A stretch of DNA of 64,000 nt, taken from Callorhinchus milii (taxonomy: Eukaryota). The stretch is taken from positions 106,456,001-106,520,000 of the forward strand of contig NW_024704743.1 in NCBI RefSeq assembly GCF_018977255.1. Reading direction: 5' to 3'. Of the stretch, positions 27,215 to 41,448 are shown piece after piece (positions within the stretch are counted from its first letter, which is position 1; each line of letters opens with the position of its first letter). A program made the position numbers and the translations under genes. The notes under the pieces were generated by a model. The model saw only the letters and a list, made by a program, of their open reading frames with translations. It searched no databases and was not told where the DNA came from.

Positions 27215-27533
27215 ATAATAATAATCCTTGCATTTAGTTTAGTGCCTTATCACGTCTTCTAGATGTCTCAAATAAATAATAATAATAAATAATCCTTGCA
27301 TTTGATATAGCGCTTTTCACGTCGGGAGGACGTCCCAAAGCGCTTCACAGAACACACTGTAAAGTGAATTGACTGTATATTTGTGGGCGAACGCGGCAGC
27401 CAATTGCGCACAACAGTGTCCCACAAACAGTCGTGGATTGAGTGACATTATTATTATTTTAGGGATTATTATCCCCGGAAAAGCGATCTGCCAATCGACT
27501 AACACCTGGTCTTGCTCTAGGTAAACAGAGGCA
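27215..27533 (-). mobile_element. SINE copy, 5'-truncated, with a duplicated tail
   Basis: Two tails (27215-27270 and from 27275) plus core. Confidence 0.8.
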
Positions 27534-28189
27534 GATTGATTTGATTGATGTGTACAGTCAAAATGGATTGATGTGATGTGTGCAATATTTAACAGTTTTG
27601 ATTAGGTTATGGCAGTGTGGGAATGCAAAGTTGTTGCTTTTAAACTTAAGTATCTGGAAACAGTAATTATAAGAATTAGTTATTGCTTACAGAAAAAAAA
27701 TCTGGAATACCTGTACTTTAAGTTATGGTTTGTGGTGCAGAGAGCCGGTGGTAAAGCTAAGGGACAGAAATCATTTTCTTATGAAAAAGTAAACTGGAAT
27801 TTAGTAACTGAGTGAATGGTAAATATCCAAATACAATAAATAAGATGTATCCAATTTTATTCAAGTATCTCATCTACATGAAGAAGGTTAATGTCTTGAA
27901 GACTTAAAATTTGTTGCCACAAGGCAGACAGTTCAGTGCTGAACAGCATTAAATTAGAAGTAGAGTTTGCCTCCAAATATACAGTCACCACACTTGACAT
28001 CAATACTTTGTGAAGCTCTCAGATGTTTCAACATTATATATACTATGCCAAATGAAAGATTACCATATAGAGCTTTCAGCAAAACATTGTGAGTGTTTTT
28101 TTTAAGAAGAATCAATTGGAATTTTTCCCGGTGATATGGTTGAAATATATTGCTATTTATGTTTGCATATCAAATTGCAGCCTCATAAC

Positions 28190-28538
28190 AATAATAATCC
28201 TCACATTTGATATAGTGCCTTATCACGTCTTCGAGATGTCTCAAAGCACTTCACGGAATATACTGTAGAGTGAATTGGCTGTATATTTTCTGGGTGAAAC
28301 ATGGGAGCCAATTGTACACATCAGTGTCTCACAAACAGTCATGGATTGAGTAACCACATTTTTTTGGAAGGAATTATTACCCCTGGAAAAGTGATCTGCC
28401 AATCGACTAACATCTGGGATCCTACTTACTGCTAGGTAAACAGAAGCATGTGGAGTAAGGAAACTTGCCCAACTTTCGCCAATTGAACCCAGGTCTCTTG
28501 CGTGCAAGGTGAGTGCTCTAATCACTGAGCTACAGGAC
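28190..28538 (-). mobile_element. Full-length SINE (long subfamily)
   Basis: Head, extra internal segment, core and tail. Confidence 0.82.
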
Positions 28539-28709
28539 ATAAATAAAAGAGTCACATTTTATTACCATAGAATGATGTTATTACCTTGCAGTATTCACCC
28601 ATATTCTTCCTGCAAAGTCCACTGTTTTGCGGATATTAAATGTTATTGTGCTTTGGCTGCTTTCACGTAGGGTTTCACAATATCTGTTCTAACCGTCTCC
28701 AAAAGAAGT

Positions 28710-29430
28710 CTTATTTGACCCTCAACTATCCTTTCTACCCCACATCCGTGCCATGACTCGCTCTGCCTTCCCCCACCTCTGCAACATTGCCCAGCTCCGC
28801 CACTGTCTCACACCAGAGGCCGCTGAAACCCTCATACACGCATTCATAACATCCAGGCTTGACTATGAATAGTCCCTGCTTGTCGGTCTCCCCATCTCCT
28901 CCCTCCATAGGCTGAAGATCATCCAGAAATCTGCAGTCCGTGTCCTCTCCCGCACCAGGTTCCCCGACCCTATCACCCCCATCCTCGCCCAACTCCACTT
29001 GCTTCCCATCACTCAGAGGGTACAATTCAAGATCTTGGTCCTCACCTTGAAAGCCCTTGATCACCTTGCTCCCTCTTACCTCTGCGACCTCCTAAGCACC
29101 CACCAACCTGCCCGCTCCCTCCATTCAACTGGCTCCAGTCTGCTTCACATCCCCCGCCTTGCCGCCCCACCATTGGCGGCGGTCTTCAGCCACTCTGCCT
29201 CCACCCTCTGGAACTCCATCTCGCAGTCCCTCCACCTCACCCTCTCCCTTGCCTCCTTCAAGACCCATCTCAAGACCTTCCTCTTCGACCATGCCTTCAG
29301 TTACCCTCCTTCCTAAGCTGCCCTCGACCCTCACCATCCGACTCCCAGCTTGGGTCTGAAATATGATTGTCCAGGGCCTTAGCACGTCCTCCCGACGTAA
29401 AAGGCACAATACAAATGTGATCTTGTTGTT
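28710..29430 (+). mobile_element. L2 3' fragment
   Basis: ORF 28999-29316 matches other L2 ORF2 C-termini; tail present. Confidence 0.82.
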
Positions 29431-29929
29431 TGAATAGTATCTTGATTACTCTTAAGAACTAAGTCTAGGAAATATATCTATCAGAATGATGCTGATTCTC
29501 ACAGCTACAACAAGAGGAAAGTAACTTGTGATTCCTATGATGTCTGATGAGCCTGGCAAAAGACAACAGATGAACCCCCACATGTGCTACACATGAAAGT
29601 AAAAGGAGGTTGGTTTTGAATTTGTTGTTTCAGCTGCTAAAATGAATGCTTTCCTTGTTTGGGCTATTTGCCCAAAAATGAAAGTGTTAAATACTGTTGA
29701 TAATGAATCTTTACTGTTTATTTGTGTGACTAACAGCTTGTTTCATTGTGTTAATGCTACATAAAAAGATGGTGCTTCATAGTATCAGTGATGTGCTTGC
29801 ACTGACTTGCCTTATTTGAGCTATTACAACCCACATTTTGATAGAAAAATGAAAGACAGTTGGATATCATTTGGTTGAATTCATGTACTCCAAGATGGCC
29901 AAAAGCACTGTAGTATTACGATTTAGTGC

Positions 29930-30355
29930 GATTGGGTGTCAGCTAGGCTCAGTTAGTAGCACTCTCACTTCTGGTTGTGGATTTAAGTCCAATGTCAGGA
30001 TTTTTAACTCATATAACCTAGGCTGCCACTTCAATGCAGTTCCTGGAGTGTACTGCATTGTTGGAGGTGTCATTCTTGAAATATTAAACCAAATCTGTTT
30101 GTTCAGGTGGACGTTAAAGGTCCCATGACAGTTTTTGAAAAGAGAAGGGAGTTTCTCCCAGTATAATGGCTAACAATCCCCCAAATTAAAATGATCATTC
30201 ACCTCATCGCTCTTTGTGGATATTGCTGTGCACAAATTGGCTGCCACATTCACCTACAAATGAACAGTGACTACACTTTACAGTATATCCTGTGAAGCTC
30301 TTTGAGATATACTCCTGACATAATAAGGTGCTATATCAAATGCAAGGATTATTAT
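29930..30355 (+). mobile_element. Older Deu-core SINE relic
   Basis: Degenerate tRNA-like head, TTGCTGTGCACAAATTGGCTGCC core, L2-like tail. Confidence 0.65.
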
Positions 30356-31737
30356 TTTTATTACTAATCTAAGAATTAATGGCAACAACATTAAAAAAAA
30401 AGTTCTGTATAAAAAGATCGAATCTGTACAACTATGTGCTTTGACATTGATGGTGATTACTGAGTGTGTATAATACAATACAAATTTACATTTCTATATC
30501 ACCTTTTACATCGGAGGATATTCCAAGGCACTTCACAGTCCTGGCTTGGCATTTGAGCTGGGGGTGGGAGCCAAGGGGGGTGGAGAGAGGAAAGATGACC
30601 GAAGGCATGGTCAAAGAAAAGGTCTCGAGATGAACCTTGAAAGATAAAAATTAAAATGATGCATTGGTGCGAGCTGCAACCTCAATTTTGTTTTCTAGAA
30701 GCCCAAACACCTGTGTACCTTTAAAAGTATGTTGATCATTTGCTGGAGGTCTTCTTACATCTTCAATATCAGTGCGCAATAATCACCAAAGATCAGTTTT
30801 CTAACAATCCTTTTCCACTTTTATACTTGCTTGTGCTTTAATTGACATATGGAAATATATGTATATATCTGCTTTGTTATTACAGAAATCTGAGTTTCCT
30901 AAAAAATGAATTTTTGAATGCTAAAATTAAAAACAAAATCTATCCAGTTCATTTAGTCAATGGCAGTTTAGTTCAAAAACTGTCATGGGATCTTTAATGT
31001 CCACCTGGTTTGTAGATGTCTCAGGTTTAATAAAATGGCTTTGGTACTGAATCAAATGTAATCTAATTTATTTGGGTGCCCTCCATGCCCACTTCAAAAC
31101 ACAAAGGGCTGAGTGGATCCTCTGGGATTTCAAGCCATAATCCAAAACTGAACTACCCGAGATGTACTATTGTGTATATCTCCAGTGCAACCATTTCTGT
31201 GGTACAGCATTGGATAAGAGATTTCAGTTTGGAGAGGATTCCAAGCATTTTCATTTTCAAAAATTGAATATTGGTGTTGTACATATCCTGCAGTTGTTCT
31301 AATAGTTGTGTCTTTAAGTGCATTTATGTTGCTTGCAGGGAAGCCACATTGGTCCTGAAACTATCTGATTCTTCAAACTTCAAGAGTGAGGTTATTGTGT
31401 GATTTATACTCGCTGAGCCTACATTTATGTTGCATGATTGGTATCAAATCACTTGTCAAAATCACTGTGATCCACAGAATAAATATAGCATTAGATATGT
31501 GCACTGAATTTTGCACTTACTTGCTCCTCCATATTTGTCTGAGATTGTTGTTGTCTACAAGTTTATAGAAAATTCTTAATTTTACTTTCTTGCATTGGTA
31601 ATGCTCATAATCCTTGTGGTAAGCAAGTGCTCATGTTTTGGCAATTTGGCATTGATGCATTCTGCTACAGTGCAAGTGCTTGTAATTTACAAGCTTGTGT
31701 TGCTTGTGGTTTCAGCAGCAGTGTTTGTAGTGAGGCA

Positions 31738-32410
31738 TCAGGTTCGACCCCCAATTATCCTTCCTCCCCCAAACCAGGTCCCTCACCAGCACCGCCTTCT
31801 ACCACCTCCAACACATCGCCCATCTCCGCCAATGCCTCTCCCCAAAAGCCGCTGAAACCCTGGTCCATGCCTTTGTCACCTCTCGGCTGGACTACTCCAA
31901 CTGGGCTGGGCTCCCATCCGCTATCATCCATAAAGTCCAAATCATTCAAAACTCTGACGCCCGCATTCTCACCCACATGAAACTCCGCTCCCCGATCACC
32001 CCAGTCCTCGTCAGACTGCACTGGCTGCCTATCCCAGAGGATCGATTTCAAGATCCTCACCCTTGTATTCAAGTCCCTGCACTCCTCCGCACCCCCCAAC
32101 CTCTCTGACCTCCTCTCTCCTCAAAACAGTACCCGTTGCCTTCGTTCCTCCGGGTCTGGCCTCCTCCTCGTCCCCCGAGTCCTTCACTCCACCCTCGGCG
32201 GCCGTGCCTTCAGCCACTATGCCCCGAGGATCTGGAACTGTCTTCCTCTTCGTCTCTCTCCCTCCCTTCCCATTTTCAGGTCTCTGTTGAAGACTTTTCT
32301 TTTCGACCGCACCTTTGGTCACCTTCCTTCCCCTCCACCTGGCTCGGACCCGGGATCCGTCACTGTAAAGCGCTCTGAGGGCACTATATAAATCCAAGTT
32401 GTTGTTGTTG
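31738..32410 (+). mobile_element. L2 3' fragment, same subfamily as 19200-19820
   Basis: Closely similar to 19208-19820; (GTT)n tail. Confidence 0.85.
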
Positions 32411-32907
32411 GTCTCTTTCCTGCACTTTTGGATTTTTGTTTATCTGGAGAGAAGTCAGTTTACATTAGGACTACAGGGTTTTTTATGTCTTGAAGTCTCT
32501 AATATTTTGATTAATATAACATACTGATTCTCTTCAACTTGGTTATATCCAGCATTGGTCCCCATACCATTACTGTCAATCAGAGAAAACTACTGGACTT
32601 TTCTCAATGTAAATCTACTCACTGGAATCACTGTGATTCATTGCCTGGAACTAAATAACAATCCTTGCATTTGATACAGCAACTCAAAGCCCTTCACAAG
32701 GAATTGCTATAAAATATAGTGACTGTGTGGGAGAACATTGCAGCTAATTTGTGTACCGAATTATCTCATTACCTGTCACTTAAGACATATACCTTTTTTT
32801 TAGTTATAGGATTAAAATACAGACCAATTGAAAGGTGATCACTCTCTACTTCTTTAACACAGCATCTAATGGATAGGGCTTGAAAATGAATGCTCCCATT
32901 GTATTTA

Positions 32908-33312
32908 TTAATAATCCCTCCAAAATAAAACAATAATAAATTGGTCATTTTCAATCCACGACTGATTGTGGGACACTGCTGTGCGCAATTGTGGAGTCCT
33001 GTAGCTCAGTGGTTAGAACACTCGCTTTGCAAGCGAGAGACCCGAGTTCAATTCCAGGCAGGTCAGGGCGAAACCTTGGGCAAGTTTCCTTACTCCACAC
33101 GCCTAATAATAATCCCTCCAAAACCAAATACAATAAATAATTGGTCATTTTCAATCTACAACTGTTTGTGGGACATTGCTGTGCACAATTGACTGCCGCG
33201 TTCGCCCACAAATATACGGTCAATTCACTTTACAGTCTATTCTGTGAAGCGCTTTGGGACATCGAGAAGACGTGAAAAGCGCTATATCAGATGCAAGGAT
33301 TTTTATTATTAT
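32908..33312 (+). mobile_element. Partial SINE followed by a full-length SINE (32992-33312)
   Basis: Intact A/B boxes, core and (ATT)n tail. Confidence 0.85.
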
Positions 33313-35870
33313 TAATATTAATCAAAGCATTCATTCTACATACTAGATGCTATACCAGTGTATATTTGAGTTTTGAGAGTCGAAACCCAGAAATGTCCTT
33401 AGGATGGTGAATTTGAGGCATTTGCTATCCAGATTAGTTTCTCACATCTAGGAAATACTGAAGTATGGAAACATTAACTTGTGAGGTCCCAATTAAAAGC
33501 CTTTCTTAAGATTCATTGAATTCAAGTTAGTGAATAGCTTTATGTTTTTCTTGTTGGATTTGGTTCCACGGGTACAATTCAATTTCATCACAATCCCACT
33601 ATAAAAAAAAGTTGCCCAGCATAGCAGAACACTGAATATTAGACAAGTGTCATCAGCTCTAATGGATGAACTCAGGCAATAAGTATACCGTAGGTAGATT
33701 TCCTGTTCATTAAACCTCCAGAAATGATGCTGTAATAATGAGTGGATGGGAGAGGGAATATTTAGGTTTATTAAGATAAAATATTGGGCTCACAAGGATT
33801 ACCTGAATATCCCCTCCTGGAACTATAAGACGTTTGCCAAAATTCTTTGGCAGTGACTTATGCAACTTGGTAGGGAGGCACCAAATGGAAACTAAACAGT
33901 TGTTTTCAAAGTAGAAAAATGTCTATGATTTCCACTCATAAGGAAATTATTTTAGGAAACTAAGATTATTACTAACAAGATATTTGACTTCACAAATAGG
34001 GCCACCTTGAGATTTTTTCTTGAGGAAGGAAACATTTAATGTGTTGTATTATGTTTAAAAAAAACTGTTTTCAGTTCAATCGAGAACATTTGTGTAGATT
34101 AATACAACATTATAAGTCAGGTGAAGCTGCAGCGGGAAAGTTTTATTATAGTAAATTTGCATACAAAAATGCAGGTTATCTGGCACAATAAATAATCAGT
34201 TTGCTTTTGAAGCATTTCTTTGGATGTAAAGGTTAAATTCTAAAAAAATTCTGACTGCAGCTTTACATTGTGAATGCTATTTTACAAAGCTTGATGCCTA
34301 TATTTGTACAAATACCAGTAGTATGTAAATACAATAAGTGTATACATTGTAAGCAACACATTTCCCATATCAGGGAAACAATTGTTGAAATGCAAAGAAC
34401 AAAAATAAAATCCAATTTGGAATGCAGTTAGTTTCTTCTATTTCAATGATTTTGGTTTAAACCTAATATAATACCCTTAAAACCAGTCACATTATATATC
34501 TAATTAGGTCACATTTTCAACATTCATTTACAATCGGTTTCAATTTTGCACATCCATGATGCGGTGTGCGTGTTGGGGAAGAAAAGAAATATTGGGTTCA
34601 GTTCTTCATGAAGATCCACAAAACGTATGTAACGAGCAACAGTCTTAGTAACACTGGTGGGATGTGGAAATCACCTGGTGCACAGATTGCTTGATGTTCT
34701 TTCACAGAATGAAATGCACTAAAAAGTTCTTGCTGTTTCAGCAAATCTCCACTTCGAATGGATTTTGATGAAGATGAAAAATCTTAAAACTTTCCAATTA
34801 TGTTTAGTCATAAGTGCATAACAATATATTGTGGCTTCACTTGAAGATCACCTGACTAGGGATACGTTTACAACATGACAATACATATGAACAGATACTG
34901 AGCCATGACAAATTGTATAAATTTTTCTATATCTTGATAACTGCAATATACAATTATAGTGTTTGACCTAGAAAAGGAAGGTTCATAGCACCATAATGAG
35001 GACCTGTTTCCTTCAACCAATGTGAATTAGCAGCAAAGTATACTTAAAAAAAGTTGTAGGAGTGTTGCACATCAAATTTGCTTCACTTGTACCACAATAG
35101 TTTCACCAGCTGTTTACTTTCTCAACTGTATAAATTATACATAGTCATTTAGAGGGAGCTGATGGGACGGCAGCAGCAAAGAATTAACATATCATATTTT
35201 GGTTATTATAACATTTGTTTTTTATATATAAAAGAGAAAAATACATTTCATACACTCCCTAAGTGAGACACAGCAACTCTGTGCAAGTAAAGCAAAATGA
35301 CATTTTTTTCTTTAAAAAAAAGTAAAACTATGACAATTGGACCTGCTAAATGTTAAATAGAAAATGTAAAATTTTATATACAATAATTGTTTTATAATCT
35401 AATGTTCTAATTATCTAATGGCACTTGAAACAAGTTTGTAACAATGGTTAAATGTATGCCCTCCAAGAGATACTCTGAAAGGATTAAAGTATATGAAAGT
35501 GCTAAAAATATAGGTTATTTTGCAACATGTTCTTTAGACAAAGTTACAACTACGCTATTAACTATGCACTTATGTGTTGCAACAGTAGTCTTAAACATGT
35601 TACTCAGTTACTCATCCATAAAAAATAACTGAATCTTAGAAGAAATTTTTTGAAAAAATACATCTAACATTTATGAAAATTCAGTTTTCAAGCAGCATGC
35701 ACTTGCTTGTGCTTTAATTGACGTATGGAAATATATATATATAAATATACATCATGTGTGAAAGGGTATCTGCTTTGCTATTACAGAAATCTCAGTTCCC
35801 TATAAAATGAATTTTTGAATGCCAAAATTAAAAACAAAATCTATCCAGTTCCTTCAGTCAATGGCAACAC

Positions 35871-38800
35871 TTTATTACGCTCAACATCAGTTACTTTTTT
35901 CATGAAACACATATTGATTTGCAATTAATTGATTGTTCAATTTTGTTTGGGTTTTCTCTTTAATATTTGTGTTGTGGGAATTTTCCTCCAAACATCTTAT
36001 TTTGGTTGCTCTCATTATTCTGTGAAAAGAGTTTAAAATGCAAAAAAAAACTTTCCAGATAGGACAAAATAAATGTTCTCCCTAGCTTAAGTACAAGATC
36101 AGAATGCCAGGAGTGTTTCATCTATTTATGGCCTTTCTCATGTAGATAAATGCCCTGTTTCCCTCGCTCTCCCCACCCCCCCACCCCCACCACCATAACT
36201 TCAAAACGTAATTTCATATGCAGGTCATGTGTAAAAAGGTCTGTGGACAATTTACCTTTTATCTGTCCTAACACTACTTCCCTTTCAAACCACACTAGAC
36301 ACAGATTTCCATTTTTTCAGACTGTCCCATGTCTGTGGAAGAAAATCCTGCTAGAATTTGAAACATAGCACCTATACATAGTACCTATATTTGAGGATAT
36401 GAAAATAAAACATGGATACAGTATTTATTGGTTCCTTCATATGCCAAGTACATATTCAATCTCGACCTACATTAGACTAAATATTGTATAAAAATCCTAT
36501 CCTCCCCCTCCAAATATTCAGCAGAACTTAAGAAATGTCAGATTTGTTTAATTTCCCTCATGGGTTGAATATATTGCTCTTAAGGGTATCTAAGTGTTAA
36601 TATAACGGCATGTGTGTTATCTTGTAGTCACCAATTTCATATTTAGAAGATTCTATAAATGTTTATCTTCCTTTGCCCTTAATCTCCAGGAGGGGGAGAA
36701 TATTTGTCATTATACTGAATGGTGCTTATATAATGGTGCCTAAGCACCAGCCCTACCCTGTGAGTAAATGTTCACCATGTAGCGAGATCCAATAGCCTGA
36801 CTAAGTCAAGGTTCAAAATTGTAATGCTTTCTTCACATTTTAAGTGATGAGCCATCAACACATCCAGTTACTCACTTGAAAATGATAGAATCAATTCACA
36901 TTTGTGACCAAATATAAATGCAAATTTTCCAATTCAGGTAGCAATCAACCAGCACTTAAAGATAATGACATAAATTTTCCTTTATCTTATCTTTGGGCAT
37001 TAACTGCACTGCTTCTGTAGTTTGTGAAAATATAACTACAGGGGAAAAATACAAAAAAACTATAACCAATATGATGCAGTTTTCATCATGGGAACTCAGT
37101 CCCATTCAATACCAACACAGAAGTTACATACATTTATCAATTATATATCCAACAAAAAATCATGTTGAGATACTACTACAAGCATATAGTGAAATATTAC
37201 TGGAGTGTTACTGCTGGAGTGCTCAGAGCTTGTAGAAGAAACATTCATTGTTGACACATATCTAGTTACTCTCTACAGGTAGCCTTTTATTTGAGCATTT
37301 ACTGCATATAGAGGAGTTTGGGAGATTGGTCAATGATTCATTAACTTGATCAAGTTATTGTTAACTAAATGTATTAATTCATGCCTATCAGAACTAAAAG
37401 CTGATTCACAGAAAACAAATATCCTTGAATATCATTTCAGGATACTTCTGCAAAAACTGATACCATCATAAGTATTTACTTAAAATGTAATTGTGCTCAT
37501 TTTGTCTGGATTTCTCACCACCTCAAGCCTTTCTCTGGAATTTTTCCTCCTCCAATGTTCCCCCTTTCCTCACTTGAAGGTGTCATTGGGGTAGAAGACA
37601 ATGATCCTGCCTTCACCTGATAACACAAATACTTACCAGCAAGAGGCATTGGCTAGTGATTAGCAGCAGGAACCTGGGTTAATTTCAAAACTGTTTGGCT
37701 TTGTTGACACACTCCTTGCTTTTAAAATCCTCCAAGAAAGAAATCTTTGACCATGTCCTTTGGTCAACATCTTTAAATCTTGATCTCAATGGCCAGATAT
37801 CTTAATATAATTATAGTACATTAATCCTTACATTTTCAAACTAGTTCAAGCAGAACTCTTGGCTTGTCTCTTAGGATGCTGCTCCTTTTCCTCATTTAAT
37901 ATAATGAAAATTCTCCTAGATATGTGAACCTTACTTTGCTGTAGTTTCATGCTTCCATTATTTTGTCTACTGGAAAACAATTTGGATGACTTACAAATCT
38001 GTGTAACAAAATATTAATTGATGATACAGAAGTATCAATAATGTTCTTGATCAAGCACAGTGCTGTGAATTTCAATATAAAGGTAGTTTTGGTTCAAGAC
38101 ATTGCATCTACTTTATCTAACTCTTGAACAATCACATTATGTAACATTTATTATTTATGTACTTCAATGCACTCTAATTCACTGATTGTTTGTTTATGAT
38201 TATTGAATAAATCTTAAAGTGCAATATTAAGGCTGAAAAAGTATAACTAGAAAATAATGAAAGCTTACTACAGCCAAATGAAAAGTAAAAATATTTCCAT
38301 TGCAATTTGTTCTTCCTCATCAACCAAGTGGGCAAGAAAGAGCTAATACACTTAAAACTGAAATACAACCAAACCTGTTAACAACAACAACAAGATTTCA
38401 TTTATAAAGCGCCTTTCACGTCGGGAGGATGTCCCAAGGTGCTGGATAGTTGGGTCAGGACCCGAGCAGGAGGGAAATGATCAGGGTGAGGGAAGGGAGG
38501 GAGCGAGGAGGGGGAAGAGAGTCGAGAGGGGAGCTGAAGGCTCGGTCAAAGAGAAAGGTCTTGAGACCGGCCTTGAAGGAGGAAAGGGAGGAAGCAAGGC
38601 GAAGGCACTGGGGGATGGAGTTAATATGCATGAGTGTGAACAATACAAATTGATTATTCCAGAATATCAGGTATTTTAAAATAAAAATACACAACCAAAA
38701 CAGTACAGTAGTACAATATATTGATCATTTTTGTTTCAATTCGACTCATTTGTAGTCAGTTGAAGCCTCATGCCATAATTCAATCACAAAATCCCATAGG

Positions 38801-41448
38801 CTGACACTCTCGTGCAGTACTGAGGGATTACTGCATCATAAGAGATAATATCCTTTCTATGAGGTCCTGACTGCCTGATCTGGTGGAAATTAAACAATAA
38901 CATGACAATATTTTAAAGAGCAGAGAGTTCTGACGTTGCACCTCATCCAAATATTTCTCCCTCATCCATCCAAATCACCTCCAAAAGATTAATTTGTCTT
39001 TCATATACGCAGACAGGGATTTTGTTAGAGATGTATTCTTAAACCACATTATTTTTGTGGGTTCTTACTGGAACAAGTCAGCTACAATGTTTGCTTACAT
39101 AAGAATCACTTCAACTTAAAGCAACTCAGTATGTGAAGCACGTTGGGAAATGTATCAACAAGTTAAGTACTGTATTAAAAACATTAATTGCCATTTGCTG
39201 TAACTAGTTACCATGAACAAAACAAGACTATCAACCTTTTGAAAAGCAAAAGGCAAATCAAAGATGGGAAAATCCATTGTCTCAATAGTTTGGGTTAGCA
39301 ACATTTCACTAAGCTTATGTACTTGCGAACTCCCCGAATGAAGTGATGCACAATTTCTTTAGTTGATCTCATATATAACATTTTATGCATCACTCATCAC
39401 ATGCCTCCAACTACTAACCAATGAAGGAATTAGGCCAGAATTTCCAAAGCTGCATTGGAATATAGCTTGGCAAATTTACAATCCTTAATTTATAAAATGG
39501 CTTCTAAGAAGTGAACAGATAGCAACTCTGATCATTTATACTTTATAGAGTACAGTATAACTGATCAAGCTCTGCCAGTGGAGTTCTAGCTGTTATATTT
39601 GAGCAAGGTGCCATTTATAATATAATGGCTAATTATACTTGTCAACACAAAATAGATTCCAATCTGACCAGTTTATGACATTTAAAGAAAGTTTGTTTGA
39701 AAATTCAAGATATATGCAGACAGGGATTTTGTTACAGATGTATTTTTAAACCACAAAATAATGGAAACTACTTATCATGTCTTTGATTGTTACTTTATAA
39801 TTTGAATAGATCCTTGAAGTTTTTATGGGGAAGGGATTATACTTCATTTTTTGTAAAGCAAAAAACTGTTTTCATTTAATCAATGAAGCAATGAGTTCAA
39901 GTAGATTATGATAATCATGGCAAGAAAGGGCAAATCCATATGCCCTTGGTGGAGCAAGAAACCACTCAAGCATCTTTGAAGGAAACCAATTCAAAGCAAA
40001 GACCAGAATCTCAAATTTAGATGAGACCAATTCTGTAAGAAGGGTGGAGGAAACCGGTTCTCTCATAATATGTAAATGGTTTTCAAAGCAGCAGGTAAGT
40101 GAACAAAGAAGTAAATAAAATACAGTAAATAATCAAAATCGTTTAGCTATATATATATATATATACGCACATACATATAAGCTAAACTATGCTATACTGC
40201 TTAAAATTCAAAGTAAATCAAGGAAAATTTTCATACTCTATTATAAAAAGACTAAAAGCACTAAAATGTATTTTCTATACTATTTCTTTCTGTCAGTTGA
40301 TTACTTGCCTCTCTTAAAGTTGTACTTTACTTTTGGAGCACATCTCATGAACTTAAAAACACACTTTTAAAGCAAACAATTGAGTTTTTATAGTAATTTT
40401 TTGAGCGAATATTTAAAATTTGCTGGCTAAAATCAATACATTGATGGAGATTAATATGTATTGGAAGCTTAGACGATAAATATATACTTAAAGATGCTTA
40501 TGGATTTTATACAAATGTGCCTGAATATTCAAAGGTATATTGGTTGCATAAGCCATAGATAAGTTTTCCTAAATAATAAATTGAAAAAAATCACTACATT
40601 TGTCTCATCAAGTTGGAAAGCAAAATTTACCTAAGATTCTTATTGCCACATTACTGTGCAGACATTTAGCTTCCTAACCATTGAGGGATTTTTTTAAAAA
40701 AAATGCATCAAATTTGTTTATTGACCTATATGGAAATATTCTCAGCATAGCACAGTAGAATGGAATAAATTGGAAAATTCTTTGTGTTTTTTAATGACCT
40801 CGCTAAGCCACATGGTTATACCTCAAGTCCAAAGGAACCTCGATGTTCAACTATTTGTAAGCACTTGTGGACATTTTTATAACAGCTTCCTGAAGGGAAT
40901 AACAAGTAGAATTTCTTTTTAAAAAAATCATTAAGCAGAACAGCAATAAAGTCATTAAGTATGCTGAATAGAATTTTCTTAAAACATTCACAAAAATGAT
41001 ACAAGGCACTGTGCTTTAGCAGTTACTCTCATCACTAAAAATGAAAGATTACTTGTACTTTTACTATCATAACTTTAAAAGTAGTATTATCAGGACCATT
41101 TTGGTCATTGGGTAGGATGCAGTGCTAAGGTGTGTGAATTACTGGGCACCTCTAGACTCATCAGTTTGAGTCCTTGTAGTAACTTGGAGCCTGATGTATT
41201 TATTAATGGCTCTGATGAATGTTGTCAGCAGTTGAGCTGCTGATAGGATGATCCCGTCATAAAGGAAAACAGACAGTTCTGTGTTGTCCATCTTTCCTTG
41301 TACTCTTGTGACTATTCAAAAAGCAGCATGGATATCAGAAGCCATAAAGTAGAATACAGCCCACTGGCTTCTCTTTATTCTTCTGAACTAGTATCATATG
41401 GAAGTGGATTGCAAAGAGAGAGCAGGTTGAATAAGACAATCTTAATCT
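35871..41448 (-). other. Probable long PLAG1 3' UTR ending near AATAAA at 35876-35871
   Basis: AT-rich, repeat-poor ~5.6 kb after the stop, in line with the multi-kb PLAG1 3' UTR known in mammals; other AATAAA sites exist, so the end point is uncertain. Confidence 0.45.
38379..38621 (-). mobile_element. Young L2 3' fragment in the putative PLAG1 3' UTR
   Basis: Nearly identical to 18227-18470 and 11211-11505. Confidence 0.85.

Noticed and set aside
32992..33062. tRNA-Ala(TGC)-like sequence (also 7914, 4500-4567, 23500-23568)
   Set aside because: Acceptor stem is not complementary and each copy runs into a SINE core and tail; these are SINE heads, not tRNA genes.
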